Below, piece after piece: positions 1 through 9,134 of a stretch of 64,000 nucleotides of DNA; the first letter of the stretch is position 1, and the number at the start of each line of letters is the position of its first letter. The notes beneath the pieces were generated by a model, which worked only from the letters and a program-made list of their open reading frames with translations, ran no database searches and was not told the origin of the DNA. The translations under genes were made by a program, and so were the position numbers. The DNA is from Candidatus Latescibacterota bacterium (GTDB taxonomy: Bacteria; Latescibacterota; UBA2968; UBA8231), in NCBI GenBank assembly GCA_963422735.1, contig OY730476.1, positions 576,001-640,000 of the forward strand, read 5' to 3'.

Positions 1-153
1 CGCGAGCAGACCGGCGGGATTTACACCGAGATGTGGGATGGGCAAAGCGATGCCGACGAGGCCGTGCCCCCGGGCAGTTACGTGGTCTCGCTCTCAGTTG
101 ATAGCGGGATCGGCAACTTCAGGCGGGTCGGCGTTATTGGCGTCGCCTATTGA
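1..153 (+). CDS. 3' end of secreted protein with FlgD-Ig-like C-terminal domain (partial)
   Basis: Frame 1 reads REQTGGIYTEMWDGQSDADEAVPPGSYVVSLSVDSGIGNFRRVGVIGVAY*. WDG..D....PPG.Y motif and terminal AY match the three CTD proteins at 10.9-17.8 kb. Confidence 0.85.
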   Translation, partial: REQTGGIYTEMWDGQSDADEAVPPGSYVVSLSVDSGIGNFRRVGVIGVAY

Positions 154-280
154 ATCTGTGCGAAGACGCCCAAGAAGTTCTCTGCGCTAACACTCCCAAC
201 TTCCAACGCGTTAAAGCCGCGACTCAGTGCAGGTGCCCTTCGACGCTTTGCGGTACCCTAGTGCGGCTGATTAGGTGGCG

Positions 281-421
281 ATGGGCAAAGAGGCCGATGG
301 CATTGTGGTAACGGGCGTGGCGGCCCTGGACCAAGTGCTGAGACGATTTGGAGTGCAAAGGGCGTTCTATCTCAAAGATGTGGAACCCGTTCGCACGGAA
401 CGAAGATGGCCGGCGCGATAG
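281..421 (+). CDS. possible 46-aa small ORF or gene remnant
   Basis: ATG at 281 preceded by AGGTGG; MGKEADGIVVTGVAALDQVLRRFGVQRAFYLKDVEPVRTERRWPAR*; too short for the ORF track. Confidence 0.25.
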   Translation: MGKEADGIVVTGVAALDQVLRRFGVQRAFYLKDVEPVRTERRWPAR

Positions 422-472
422 GCCCAAAAGGGATAGCTCAAAAACATAAAAATTCATAAGGGAGGGTTTTCC

Positions 473-3100
473 ATGAAGCGCATGCTCTGCGCAGCACTCG
501 CGATGTTAGGCATCGCGCTCGCGCACGATGGTGCCTTGGCCCAACGGGTCGGTTTTCTCACCGGACGCGAACCGCGAGGCGTGGATGTCTATGAGATGGC
601 GATGACGCCGGCGCAGCGGAAGTGGCAGTATCCGCAAAGCCTGTACCACTTCTACCGCTGGACTGGCGAGGAATACAGCAATTACGCGCGCGAAATATAC
701 GAGCGGTACGTGGGGACTGAACTAGAGGGATTTCGCACCTACGATCTGTACGGCAATTACATCACGCGCGGCTTTGAGGTGTACACTTGGTCGGTCGATA
801 GCCCGGTGACTTCCGGCAGCGAGGTTCGCAAAGGACTCTACTACTCACGGTTCTTTAGCGGCCTGATCGTCTCGTCCATGTCCAAGGGGCAGTTCTACTC
901 GTCGATGACCATTGGCGAGGCCCTGCGCACCACCCTGACGCCGCTGACCTTTTCCAAGCCAACCTTCAATGGGGTGCAGTGGGACTTTGCCGCCGACAAG
1001 TACCAGATGACCCTCTTGGCGTCGCGCTTGGCCTCCCCGGGCACGGCTGTGGCGCTTGAAAATTCGCTCGGCCAGATCCTAGGCGACATGACCAACCTCT
1101 TCGGTGTGCATTCCAAAGTGCAGCTCGGGGATTTCTCCAAGCTGGGCTTTACCTATCTGAACATTGCCAACTTCTCCACCGGTCGCAAATTGGGCGACAA
1201 CTCGCTCAAAGGGGTATTGACTGAGGCCCAAAACGGCGGCAATATCGAGACGATCGTCCTGCGGCTGTCGGACGATTCGCCCGAAGACGGCGTAGGCGGT
1301 GCCCAGCTTTTTGCCGAGCGCATTATCATCGACGGGGTCGATCACCCCGAGATCGTCCCTTCGCCGCGCGGCGGCGTGCGGCGCGCCGGCGTCATCGAGG
1401 CCAATGGGGCCGAAACCTTGGAGCTGACTTACAACATAGCCCGCGACTTCCGCCAACAGCCCGGCGACGAGATCACCACCTTTCAGGAGATCCGCGAAAT
1501 CGAGTTTGAGTTGGTCATCGCCAACGACTATCGGATCGAAATCACCTCCAATCTGCAAGTCAACGGCCAGGGCGAGCCCGTGTTCTTGGAGGTCGAGCGC
1601 GCCCATGGCAACGTCGGCGACGGCTCGAACCAGCGTTTCATCAGCTTTGAATACGGCCTGCCCACCGGCAAGGACATCATTGGCCTCAACTTTGATATAG
1701 ATGACATCAAAGGGTTCAATATGCGCTCGGAGATTGCCCTCAGCCGGGCGTTTCGCCGCTTTCCCAACCAGAACTTCCAAGAACACACCCTCGCTCAAGA
1801 CGACGGCTTGGCCTATTACCTCACGGCCTCACAGGACGCGTATCCGTTCTTCGCGTACGGAGAATTCTACCGCCTAGAGCCTGAGTACCAGACCAATGCG
1901 TTTATCGCGGATGCGCGGGGTTTTATCGACTACGAACATCCAGAGCGCTATTCCTTTGAGGCGGTTGATGACAACGACGACCAAGACCGTTTTCCCGACT
2001 GGAAGCGCCTGTGGCAAAACGGTGACAGTGCCTTTGGCCAAACGCCTTTTGGCACCGGCGGTGCAGCCGACCCGCAGGTCTTTCCCGGATACGACGAGAA
2101 CGCGGATTTTATCTCGGACTTCAACCAAAACGACAACGGCCAGCCGGATTTTGCCGAGCCGTTTCTGCGCTACAACGTCGATCCGCCCGAGTTTCTCTTT
2201 GGCGTTGACATGAACAACAACAACGTCATTGACCGCTTTGAAAACGACACCTTCGCCGATTATCCCTACCGACAGGATCGCGATGGTTACAATGTGTACG
2301 GGGGTGTTCACTTGACCGAAGGCATCAAGCTGACGGTAGGCCACTCCGCAGCCGATGAGATCAGTTCCAAGCGCAGTGCGCAGATGAGCTATGCGGTGCT
2401 TACGGGTCAGTGGAAGTGGCCGGGCATCGAGGCCCGGGCTTTCCAATACGCCCGCTCGGTCCAAGACGACATCGAAGACGATGTGATCGAATGGGTCGAT
2501 CCAGATGGATTTCGCGAAACCATCGATCCACTGATCGCCCAAGATGCCTTTGTCTGGACCGGCTATCTGACTCTCGATTACCTGCGCCTCAAAAACCTGA
2601 ATATCTACAACAAGGTGAAGTACGATTGGTTTAGGCAGCGCGGCGAGCAGGCCGAGGTCAAAGACAATCGCCTCTTTTTTGGCGCGATCAACAAGGTGGA
2701 TTATCCGCTACCGATTACCGATAACTTGTCTTTCTGGCCGCGCTACAAGAGCGTCTTCCGCAAGATCAACCCGACCTTTAGCACCGACCTCGACATTATC
2801 GAGTGGTCGCAGTTTTACATGCTGACCTCAAAGTACTTCATCCTGCCTGGGACCTTTATTGAATACGGCGTCGAGTTGAACCTCTTCCGCAATCTCGAAG
2901 AGCGCCCGGAGATCTTGCCGCCTGGATACGTCGATGACTTCACGGGTTCGGTGCTGGCCTTACAGCTTTCCAACAGGTCGGCGTACCTTGGTTATTCACT
3001 GATCATGAACACGGGTTTTCGCTGGGAGCGCCGAGCCTTTGCCGAAGCGACCGAAACCAACTCGCTGCTCTTCATTCGGGTCTTTGCGGGTCTCCAATAG
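473..3100 (+). CDS. secreted 875-aa protein, putative outer-membrane beta-barrel with Ca-binding acidic repeats
   Basis: RBS GGAGG, Sec signal peptide (ALA-Q), Dx[DN]x[DN] loops (DDNDDQD, DENADFISD, NQNDNGQPD, DMNNNNVID), alternating aromatic/hydrophobic strands in the C-terminal third ending LFIRVFAGLQ. Confidence 0.7.
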   Translation: MKRMLCAALAMLGIALAHDGALAQRVGFLTGREPRGVDVYEMAMTPAQRKWQYPQSLYHFYRWTGEEYSNYAREIYERYVGTELEGFRTYDLYGNYITRGFEVYTWSVDSPVTSGSEVRKGLYYSRFFSGLIVSSMSKGQFYSSMTIGEALRTTLTPLTFSKPTFNGVQWDFAADKYQMTLLASRLASPGTAVALENSLGQILGDMTNLFGVHSKVQLGDFSKLGFTYLNIANFSTGRKLGDNSLKGVLTEAQNGGNIETIVLRLSDDSPEDGVGGAQLFAERIIIDGVDHPEIVPSPRGGVRRAGVIEANGAETLELTYNIARDFRQQPGDEITTFQEIREIEFELVIANDYRIEITSNLQVNGQGEPVFLEVERAHGNVGDGSNQRFISFEYGLPTGKDIIGLNFDIDDIKGFNMRSEIALSRAFRRFPNQNFQEHTLAQDDGLAYYLTASQDAYPFFAYGEFYRLEPEYQTNAFIADARGFIDYEHPERYSFEAVDDNDDQDRFPDWKRLWQNGDSAFGQTPFGTGGAADPQVFPGYDENADFISDFNQNDNGQPDFAEPFLRYNVDPPEFLFGVDMNNNNVIDRFENDTFADYPYRQDRDGYNVYGGVHLTEGIKLTVGHSAADEISSKRSAQMSYAVLTGQWKWPGIEARAFQYARSVQDDIEDDVIEWVDPDGFRETIDPLIAQDAFVWTGYLTLDYLRLKNLNIYNKVKYDWFRQRGEQAEVKDNRLFFGAINKVDYPLPITDNLSFWPRYKSVFRKINPTFSTDLDIIEWSQFYMLTSKYFILPGTFIEYGVELNLFRNLEERPEILPPGYVDDFTGSVLALQLSNRSAYLGYSLIMNTGFRWERRAFAEATETNSLLFIRVFAGLQ

Positions 3101-3128
3101 TAGGGCTGCACTATTTCCTTGTGGATCC

Positions 3129-3168
3129 AAAGCACCCGGCGTTCTCTAGCGGAGATGCCGGGCGCTTT
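3129..3168 (+). terminator. GC-rich stem-loop after the 875-aa gene (terminator or mRNA-stabilising hairpin)
   Basis: AAAGCACCCGGCGTTCTC-TAGC-GGAGATGCCGGGCGCTTT imperfect inverted repeat, only a short T tail. Confidence 0.45.
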
Positions 3169-3181
3169 ACTGCCTAACAGT

Positions 3182-4426
3182 ATGGACATGCGCCTTGCCG
3201 CGACATGGATAGGGCTAGTCGGCCTCCTCGGAGGGATCGGCTGTGATTCCCCGGAACGCCACGTTCTCAAAAAGCCTGCCACGCCCCAGCCCCTCGCGTT
3301 CTACCAGCGCGCCTACGAGCAAAACCCCGCAGACCCAGAGGTGCTCTTGGCCTTGGGGTGGCTCTACCTACAAAAGGACCGTACGCGCCACGCCGTCGCC
3401 GTGCTGTCCGCACTGGGCGCGGTTGCGCCCGACGACGCGGATGCCCACTACTACCTCGGGGTTGCCCTCGCCAAAGAGCACCGCAAGAGCGAAGCCATAG
3501 CCTCCTTTAAGCGAGCACTTGAAAAGGCACCGGCCTTTGCCGAGGTGTACTGGGCCTTGGCATTGCTGTACAACGAGCGCGGCGATGGGTATGAAAAGGC
3601 GCTTGCAACGGCCGAAGAGGGATTGCAACTGGCTGCGGAGAGCGGCTATGGGCACTTCGTGTTGGGTTTTGTGCTGTGTTCGCGCGGCGACAATGAAAAC
3701 GCCAAGACTGCGCTGCTCAAGGCGATTGAACTCGATCCCGGCTTGGCCCACGCCTACTACTACTTGGCACTGGTGTACTTGCGCTTGCAGGACGATGAGC
3801 AAGCCATAGGGGCCATGGAGCAGACTATTGCCGCTGACCCGGGTTACTCCTCGGCCTATTACAGCTTAGGTACGCTCTATGCGCGCACGGGCCGCGTGGC
3901 CGAGGGAGCGCGAATGAGTGAGCTTTTTCAGCAGTTGAGTAGCACGACGATGGACGAGGATCACTACCGCCGCTTGCTCTATCGCCAGGCCGTGCCGCTG
4001 GCGGCCGACAAGCGGGTGGCCACGCATTTCAACTTGGGATTGGTTTACTTGCACAGAAAGGAGCTAGCAGCGGCACGCGAGCAGTTTGAGGCGGCCTTGG
4101 CCCTTGATTCCACGTACGCGGAGGCCAGCCACAACATCGGGGTGATCTATTCGCTACAAGAGCAACACGCGGTTGCCCGGCCCTTTTTGCTGCGTGCGGT
4201 GCGCCACAAGCCCGACTACGCTTTGGCCTTTGAGAACATCGGCAACAACAGTTTGGCCCTCGGCGAGTACGAGGCTGCGGCCGCTGCGTTTCGCCGCGCC
4301 TTGGCTCTCGACGGGAGCATGGCCTCGGCCCTCGACGGCTTGGGCACCGCGCTGATCCAGCAGGGCCGCGTGGCAGAAGGCCGCGCGGCTCGCGTCGAGG
4401 CCGCAGCCTTGAGGGCACAACGGTAA
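3182..4426 (+). CDS. TPR-repeat lipoprotein
   Basis: Lipobox-like GGIGC after a hydrophobic stretch; many TPRs (AHYYLGVAL, AYYSLGTLY, THFNLGLVY); start placed at ATG 3182 (3188 also possible). Confidence 0.85.
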   Translation: MDMRLAATWIGLVGLLGGIGCDSPERHVLKKPATPQPLAFYQRAYEQNPADPEVLLALGWLYLQKDRTRHAVAVLSALGAVAPDDADAHYYLGVALAKEHRKSEAIASFKRALEKAPAFAEVYWALALLYNERGDGYEKALATAEEGLQLAAESGYGHFVLGFVLCSRGDNENAKTALLKAIELDPGLAHAYYYLALVYLRLQDDEQAIGAMEQTIAADPGYSSAYYSLGTLYARTGRVAEGARMSELFQQLSSTTMDEDHYRRLLYRQAVPLAADKRVATHFNLGLVYLHRKELAAAREQFEAALALDSTYAEASHNIGVIYSLQEQHAVARPFLLRAVRHKPDYALAFENIGNNSLALGEYEAAAAAFRRALALDGSMASALDGLGTALIQQGRVAEGRAARVEAAALRAQR

Positions 4427-6118
4427 ATGCGGTTTGTACTAGCCGTGATTTGGGCGTTGGCAGGGTGCGGGGGCAAGGAGACGCGGCCCAGTTTCGTCGA
4501 TGTGGCTGCCGAAGCGGGCGTTCGCTTGCGCACAGTATCTGGGACGCCGCAAAAAGAGCACATCGTCGAATGCAACACGGGCGGGACGGCCCTTTTAGAC
4601 TACGACCTAGATGGGGACGTGGATATTTTTATCGTCAACGGCACCAGCCTTGCCGGATATGCCCCGGGCCGCGAACCCCGCGCCGAGCTGTACCGCAACG
4701 ACGGTGCTTGGTGCTTTACAGGCGTTGGTCGCGAGGCTGGCGTCGCCCGCGTGGGCTGGGGCATGGGGGTTGCGGCGGCCGACTACAACGCCGATGGGTG
4801 GCCCGATCTGTACCTATCGAACTACGGCCCCAACGCCCTGTACGAAAACGAAGGCGACGGCACGTTTGTCGATGTGGCGGCCGAGCGGGGCGTGGATTTT
4901 GGTGGCTGGAGCTCGTCTGCGGCCTTTGGCGACTACGACCTCGACGGCGACTTGGACTTCTACTTGGCCAATTACATCGACTTTGATCCGGCGTTTCGCC
5001 CGGCCGATCCGAGCTATTGCACTTGGCGAGGGCTGGACGTATTCTGCGGCCCGCGCGGGATGCCGGGCGAGCGGGATCAATTCTATCGCAACGACGGCCC
5101 TAGCGCGGGTTGGGCCTTTGCCGAGGCCAGTGCGGCCTTTGGCGTTGCTGACTACGAGTACTATGGTTTTGCCGCGCTGGCTGGCGACTGGGACGAGGAC
5201 GGTGACTTGGACATTTACATTGCCAATGATTCGACGCCGAATGTGCTCTACCGCAACGACCGGAGCGCGTTTGTGGACGTGTCGCTCCTGTCGGCAACTG
5301 CGTACAGCGAGGACGGCCGCGAACAGGGTGGCATGGGCTTGGCGGCCGGAGACTACGATCGCGACGGCGATTTCGACCTCTTCGTCACCAATTTCTCGCA
5401 CGACAACAACGCGCTCTACGAGAACAATGGCCGGGGGTTTTTCACCGACGTCAGCTTCATCTCGGTTCTAGGCCGTGCGAGTATCAGTTCCTTGGGATGG
5501 GGAACGGGTTTTTTCGATTGCGACAACGACGGCGACGACGACCTGTTCGTCGCCAACGGCCACGTGTACCCGGCCGTTGACCGCCGCGACTTAGGCACCC
5601 ACTACGCCCAGCGCAATCACTTGTTTGAGAATCGCGACGGTGCATTTGTCGAGGTCGGCGCGGCGGTAGGCCGAGGTTTGGCAGTGGAAAAGTCGAGCCG
5701 CGGCGCGGCCTTCGGGGATTTGGACAACGATGGCGACTTGGACCTTGTGGTGGTCAACATCGACGACACGCCGACCTTGCTGCGCAACGACGGAGGCAAT
5801 CGCCACAACTATTTGATGGTGAGGCTGCTCGGTGCCGGCGACAATACAGACGCCATTGGTGCTCGGGTCGCGGTTGCGGTGGGTGGCGCAGTGCAGATGC
5901 GGGAGGTGCGCGCGGGCACGGGGTACCTGTCGCAGGACGACCTGCGGCTGCACTTCGGCTTGGGACGGGCGACCGCGGCCGACTCCCTCGTGGTGCGCTG
6001 GCCCGATGGGGTGGAAGAGCGCATCGACGGGGTGGCGGGCAACCGGCTGATTACTATCCAGCGCGGCGCGGGCCTCGTCGCCGAGGGGTTTGGGCCGGTG
6101 CCGAGGCTGGAGCCGTGA
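4427..6118 (+). CDS. CRTAC1-family lipoprotein (FG-GAP/VCBS propeller + ASPIC/UnbV)
   Basis: LAGC lipobox; repeated DYDLDGDLD motifs; SRGAAFGDLDNDGDLD; C-terminal AIGARV...GYLSQ...LHFGLG...VRWPDG. Confidence 0.92.
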   Translation: MRFVLAVIWALAGCGGKETRPSFVDVAAEAGVRLRTVSGTPQKEHIVECNTGGTALLDYDLDGDVDIFIVNGTSLAGYAPGREPRAELYRNDGAWCFTGVGREAGVARVGWGMGVAAADYNADGWPDLYLSNYGPNALYENEGDGTFVDVAAERGVDFGGWSSSAAFGDYDLDGDLDFYLANYIDFDPAFRPADPSYCTWRGLDVFCGPRGMPGERDQFYRNDGPSAGWAFAEASAAFGVADYEYYGFAALAGDWDEDGDLDIYIANDSTPNVLYRNDRSAFVDVSLLSATAYSEDGREQGGMGLAAGDYDRDGDFDLFVTNFSHDNNALYENNGRGFFTDVSFISVLGRASISSLGWGTGFFDCDNDGDDDLFVANGHVYPAVDRRDLGTHYAQRNHLFENRDGAFVEVGAAVGRGLAVEKSSRGAAFGDLDNDGDLDLVVVNIDDTPTLLRNDGGNRHNYLMVRLLGAGDNTDAIGARVAVAVGGAVQMREVRAGTGYLSQDDLRLHFGLGRATAADSLVVRWPDGVEERIDGVAGNRLITIQRGAGLVAEGFGPVPRLEP

Positions 6119-7752
6119 AGGCGCGCTACGGAATGGTCCTGCTGCTGTGTTGCAATGCCGCCGCGGAATCGCGCTTTGTCGATATCGCGCAATCTGCTGG
6201 AGTCGATTTTGTCCACCGCAATGGCGCGGCCGGCGCGCGCTATTTGCCCGAGACCTACGGCTCGGGTGCTGCATTTTTGGATTTCGACGGCGATGGTGCG
6301 CTCGACCTCTACTTGGTCAACTCCGGGCGGCTGCCCGGGCTATCGAACGCGCCCGCAGCGGCCAACGCGCTCTTTCGCAACGAAGGTGCGGGCCGCTTCT
6401 CAGAGCAGACGGCGCGGGCTGGCGTCGGCGACCGCGGCTACGGCATGGGTGCGGCCGTCGGCGACTACGATAACGACGGCCAGGCCGACTTCTACGTCAC
6501 CAATTTTGGGGCCAACGCGCTCTTCCACAATCGCGGACAGGGCCGCTTTGCCGATGTCACGGCTGCGGCTGGCGTCGGCTGCCCGGGGTGGGGGACGAGC
6601 GCGGCTTTTGCCGATGTGGATCTCGACGGGGATTTGGACCTATTCGTCGGCAACTACCTCGACTATCCGACCGCCGATCCGCTCGTGTGTCGGATCGGCA
6701 ACAGCGAGGAGCGGCTCTACTGCGACCCCCGCAAGTTCGACGGCGAGGTCGATCGCCTCTATATCAACGAAGGCCGCGCCGGCGGTTGGGCTTTTGCCGA
6801 CCGCACGGCGGCCTTCGGCCTCGCCAGCACGGCCGGCAAGGAACTGGGGGTCGTCTTTGGCGACTACGACCAAGATGGAGATCCCGATCTGTACTTGGCC
6901 AACGACCTCGTGCCCAACATGCTCTACCGCAACGACGGCTCGCTCTTTGTCGATCGGGGGCTTGCCAGCGGTACCAGCCTCAACGGCGAAGGGGGCGTCG
7001 AGGCTGGGATGGGCGTTGACATGGCCGATGCAGACGGCGACGGGGACTTGGATTTGTTCGCGACCAACTTCCAATGGGAGAGCAATACCTTGTACCGCAA
7101 CCTAGGCGGAGGGTTCTTTGCAGACGCGACCGTGGAGTCGGGCATCGCCCGCGCCAGCATGGCCTTTCTCGGGTTTGGTACGGGGTTCTTCGACTGCGAC
7201 AACGACGGCGATCTCGACCTGTTCGTCGCCAACGGCCATGTGTACGACAACGTGGAAAAGGTCGATCGGGCGGCTGAGTACGCACAGCGCAATCAGCTTC
7301 TCGAAAACGTCGGCGCAGGTACTTTTGTAGAGCGCGGCGAGCGCGGCCCGGGCCTCGCGCTGGTACAGGTCAGTCGCGGGGCCGCATTCGGCGACATCGA
7401 CAGCGATGGCGACTTGGATATTGCGGTGAGCAACTCCAATGACCGGCCGGCCCTGTTGCGCAACGACGCAGAGGCCAGCGGGTGGTTGGGGCTTAAGTTG
7501 CAAGGCGCGGCGAGCAACCGCGACGCGATTGGGGCGCGGATCGCGCTGACCAGTGGCGGTCGCACCCTCGTACGCGAGGTGCGCCGCAGCGCGAGCTATC
7601 TGTCGTCGAACGACCCGCGCGTGCTTTTTGGCCTCGGCAACGCCGAGGTCGCCGAGCGAGTTGAGATTCGCTGGCCATCTGGTGCCGTCCAAGTCGTCGA
7701 GGCCCTGCCTGGGCGGCAATACGTGGTCATGGAGGAGGATACTAGTCGGTGA
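6115..7752 (+). CDS. CRTAC1-family protein (FG-GAP + ASPIC/UnbV)
   Basis: Same architecture (DFDGDGALD, DYDNDG, AIGARI, SYLSS, FGLG, IRWPSG); GTGA overlap with the upstream gene. Confidence 0.92.
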   Translation: MKARYGMVLLLCCNAAAESRFVDIAQSAGVDFVHRNGAAGARYLPETYGSGAAFLDFDGDGALDLYLVNSGRLPGLSNAPAAANALFRNEGAGRFSEQTARAGVGDRGYGMGAAVGDYDNDGQADFYVTNFGANALFHNRGQGRFADVTAAAGVGCPGWGTSAAFADVDLDGDLDLFVGNYLDYPTADPLVCRIGNSEERLYCDPRKFDGEVDRLYINEGRAGGWAFADRTAAFGLASTAGKELGVVFGDYDQDGDPDLYLANDLVPNMLYRNDGSLFVDRGLASGTSLNGEGGVEAGMGVDMADADGDGDLDLFATNFQWESNTLYRNLGGGFFADATVESGIARASMAFLGFGTGFFDCDNDGDLDLFVANGHVYDNVEKVDRAAEYAQRNQLLENVGAGTFVERGERGPGLALVQVSRGAAFGDIDSDGDLDIAVSNSNDRPALLRNDAEASGWLGLKLQGAASNRDAIGARIALTSGGRTLVREVRRSASYLSSNDPRVLFGLGNAEVAERVEIRWPSGAVQVVEALPGRQYVVMEEDTSR

Positions 7753-9134
7753 CTAAATGGGTTTCATTCGCACTGGGCGTTGCGCTGGCAGCCGGCTGCG
7801 AGACCAAGCCGGAAGCTCCGCCCTCTCCGCCTGTAGTGCAGCCGCCCCCGGTGGAGGATCCGCTGCTTATTGGGCGGGCCCTGTTGCGGCAGAAGCGCTA
7901 CGCGGACGCGCTGGCAGTGTATGGACAAGCGCGGAAGCGCCATCCGCAGTCGGGCGAGGTGCTAGCCACGCTGGGCCGGATCCACTTGGCCTTGGGCCAG
8001 CCCGAGGAGGCGACCCAATTCTACGAAATGGCCGTGGCCCTCGAATCCGACCAGCCCGAATGGCTCGTCGCCTTGGGCAATGTGCATCTGAAGCTGAGTC
8101 GCTACGACGAAGCCCACGCTGCGTTTGCCGCGGCCTTGGCCTTGGACTCGACGTACGCGCCAGCGCGGCGCAACAAGGCGGCAGCGTACAGCAAACAGGG
8201 GCGGCTGGGCGAGGCTGCCCACGAATATGAGCGCGCCTTGGCGCTGCGGGGCGAGCACCTCCACACCCGTTTCAACCTCGGGCTGGTGTACGCCAGCTTG
8301 GGCCGCTATGCAGACGCCAGCGAGGCCCTGCAACAGGTCTTGGTGGCAGCACCGAAAAATGCGCGCGCACTCTATGCGATGGGGGAGATCCGGCTGCAAG
8401 AGGGCAACGACGACGGGGCGACTGAGTACTTCGAGCGCACGCTGGCGGCCGACACCACCTACGCGGAGGCGCATCTACAACTGGGGAGGATCCAGATGCG
8501 CCAAAACGACCTAGCGGCTGCGGCCGACCGCTTCCGCCGGGCCATCCTACTCGAACCCGGGCTTGCTGAGTCCTTCCGTCTGCTGGGCCAGATCCACCTG
8601 CGGCAGGGCCGCGAGGCAGCCGGAGAAAAATCCCTTGCCGTCTACGAGAAGGTCGAGCGAGCCGAGGGGGATATCCAGCGCTACCGCGAGCTGTTGCGCA
8701 GCGATCCAGACGACGCTGAAGCTCATTACAGCTTGGGTTTTATATACAACCGCTTGGGGTTTACCGGCGTGGCCCTGCCGCACTATGTCCAAGCCGTGCG
8801 GATCAATCCCGAGCACGTGCGGGCGCTGAACAACATGGGGAACATCTACTTGCGCACCGGCCATTTCGACCAAGCGGCTGCTGCCTATCAGCAGATTATT
8901 CAGCAATATCCCGAGCACGTGGCCGCCTTTGCCGCCCTTGGGCAGGTCTATTTGAACCAACAGCGCACGGATGAAGCCATCGCCATGCTCAACCGCGCCC
9001 TCGCAATCGACAAAGACTGGCTCGGTGCCCACCAAGCCTTGGCCGAAGCCTACAAACGGCTGGGACAGATTGCCAAAAGCGAGGAACATAAACGCATGGC
9101 CGACGCCTTGATTAGAAAGCAAAAAGATGACTAG
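7749..9134 (+). CDS. TPR-repeat lipoprotein
   Basis: LAAGC lipobox, Pro-rich linker, many TPR units; GTGA overlap. Confidence 0.9.
   Translation: MTKWVSFALGVALAAGCETKPEAPPSPPVVQPPPVEDPLLIGRALLRQKRYADALAVYGQARKRHPQSGEVLATLGRIHLALGQPEEATQFYEMAVALESDQPEWLVALGNVHLKLSRYDEAHAAFAAALALDSTYAPARRNKAAAYSKQGRLGEAAHEYERALALRGEHLHTRFNLGLVYASLGRYADASEALQQVLVAAPKNARALYAMGEIRLQEGNDDGATEYFERTLAADTTYAEAHLQLGRIQMRQNDLAAAADRFRRAILLEPGLAESFRLLGQIHLRQGREAAGEKSLAVYEKVERAEGDIQRYRELLRSDPDDAEAHYSLGFIYNRLGFTGVALPHYVQAVRINPEHVRALNNMGNIYLRTGHFDQAAAAYQQIIQQYPEHVAAFAALGQVYLNQQRTDEAIAMLNRALAIDKDWLGAHQALAEAYKRLGQIAKSEEHKRMADALIRKQKDD

Noticed and set aside
154-472. Riboswitch (e.g. c-di-GMP-I, suggested by GGGCAAA) in the long gap
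   Set aside because: The GAAA tetraloop/receptor and second-stem consensus were not found; only weak hairpins. An Infernal/Rfam scan would decide.
4427-7752. Recurring short DNA repeats such as GACTACGAC/GACGGCGAC
   Set aside because: They encode FG-GAP Ca-binding motifs; they are not CRISPR or DGR repeats, and no cas or reverse transcriptase gene is in the window.
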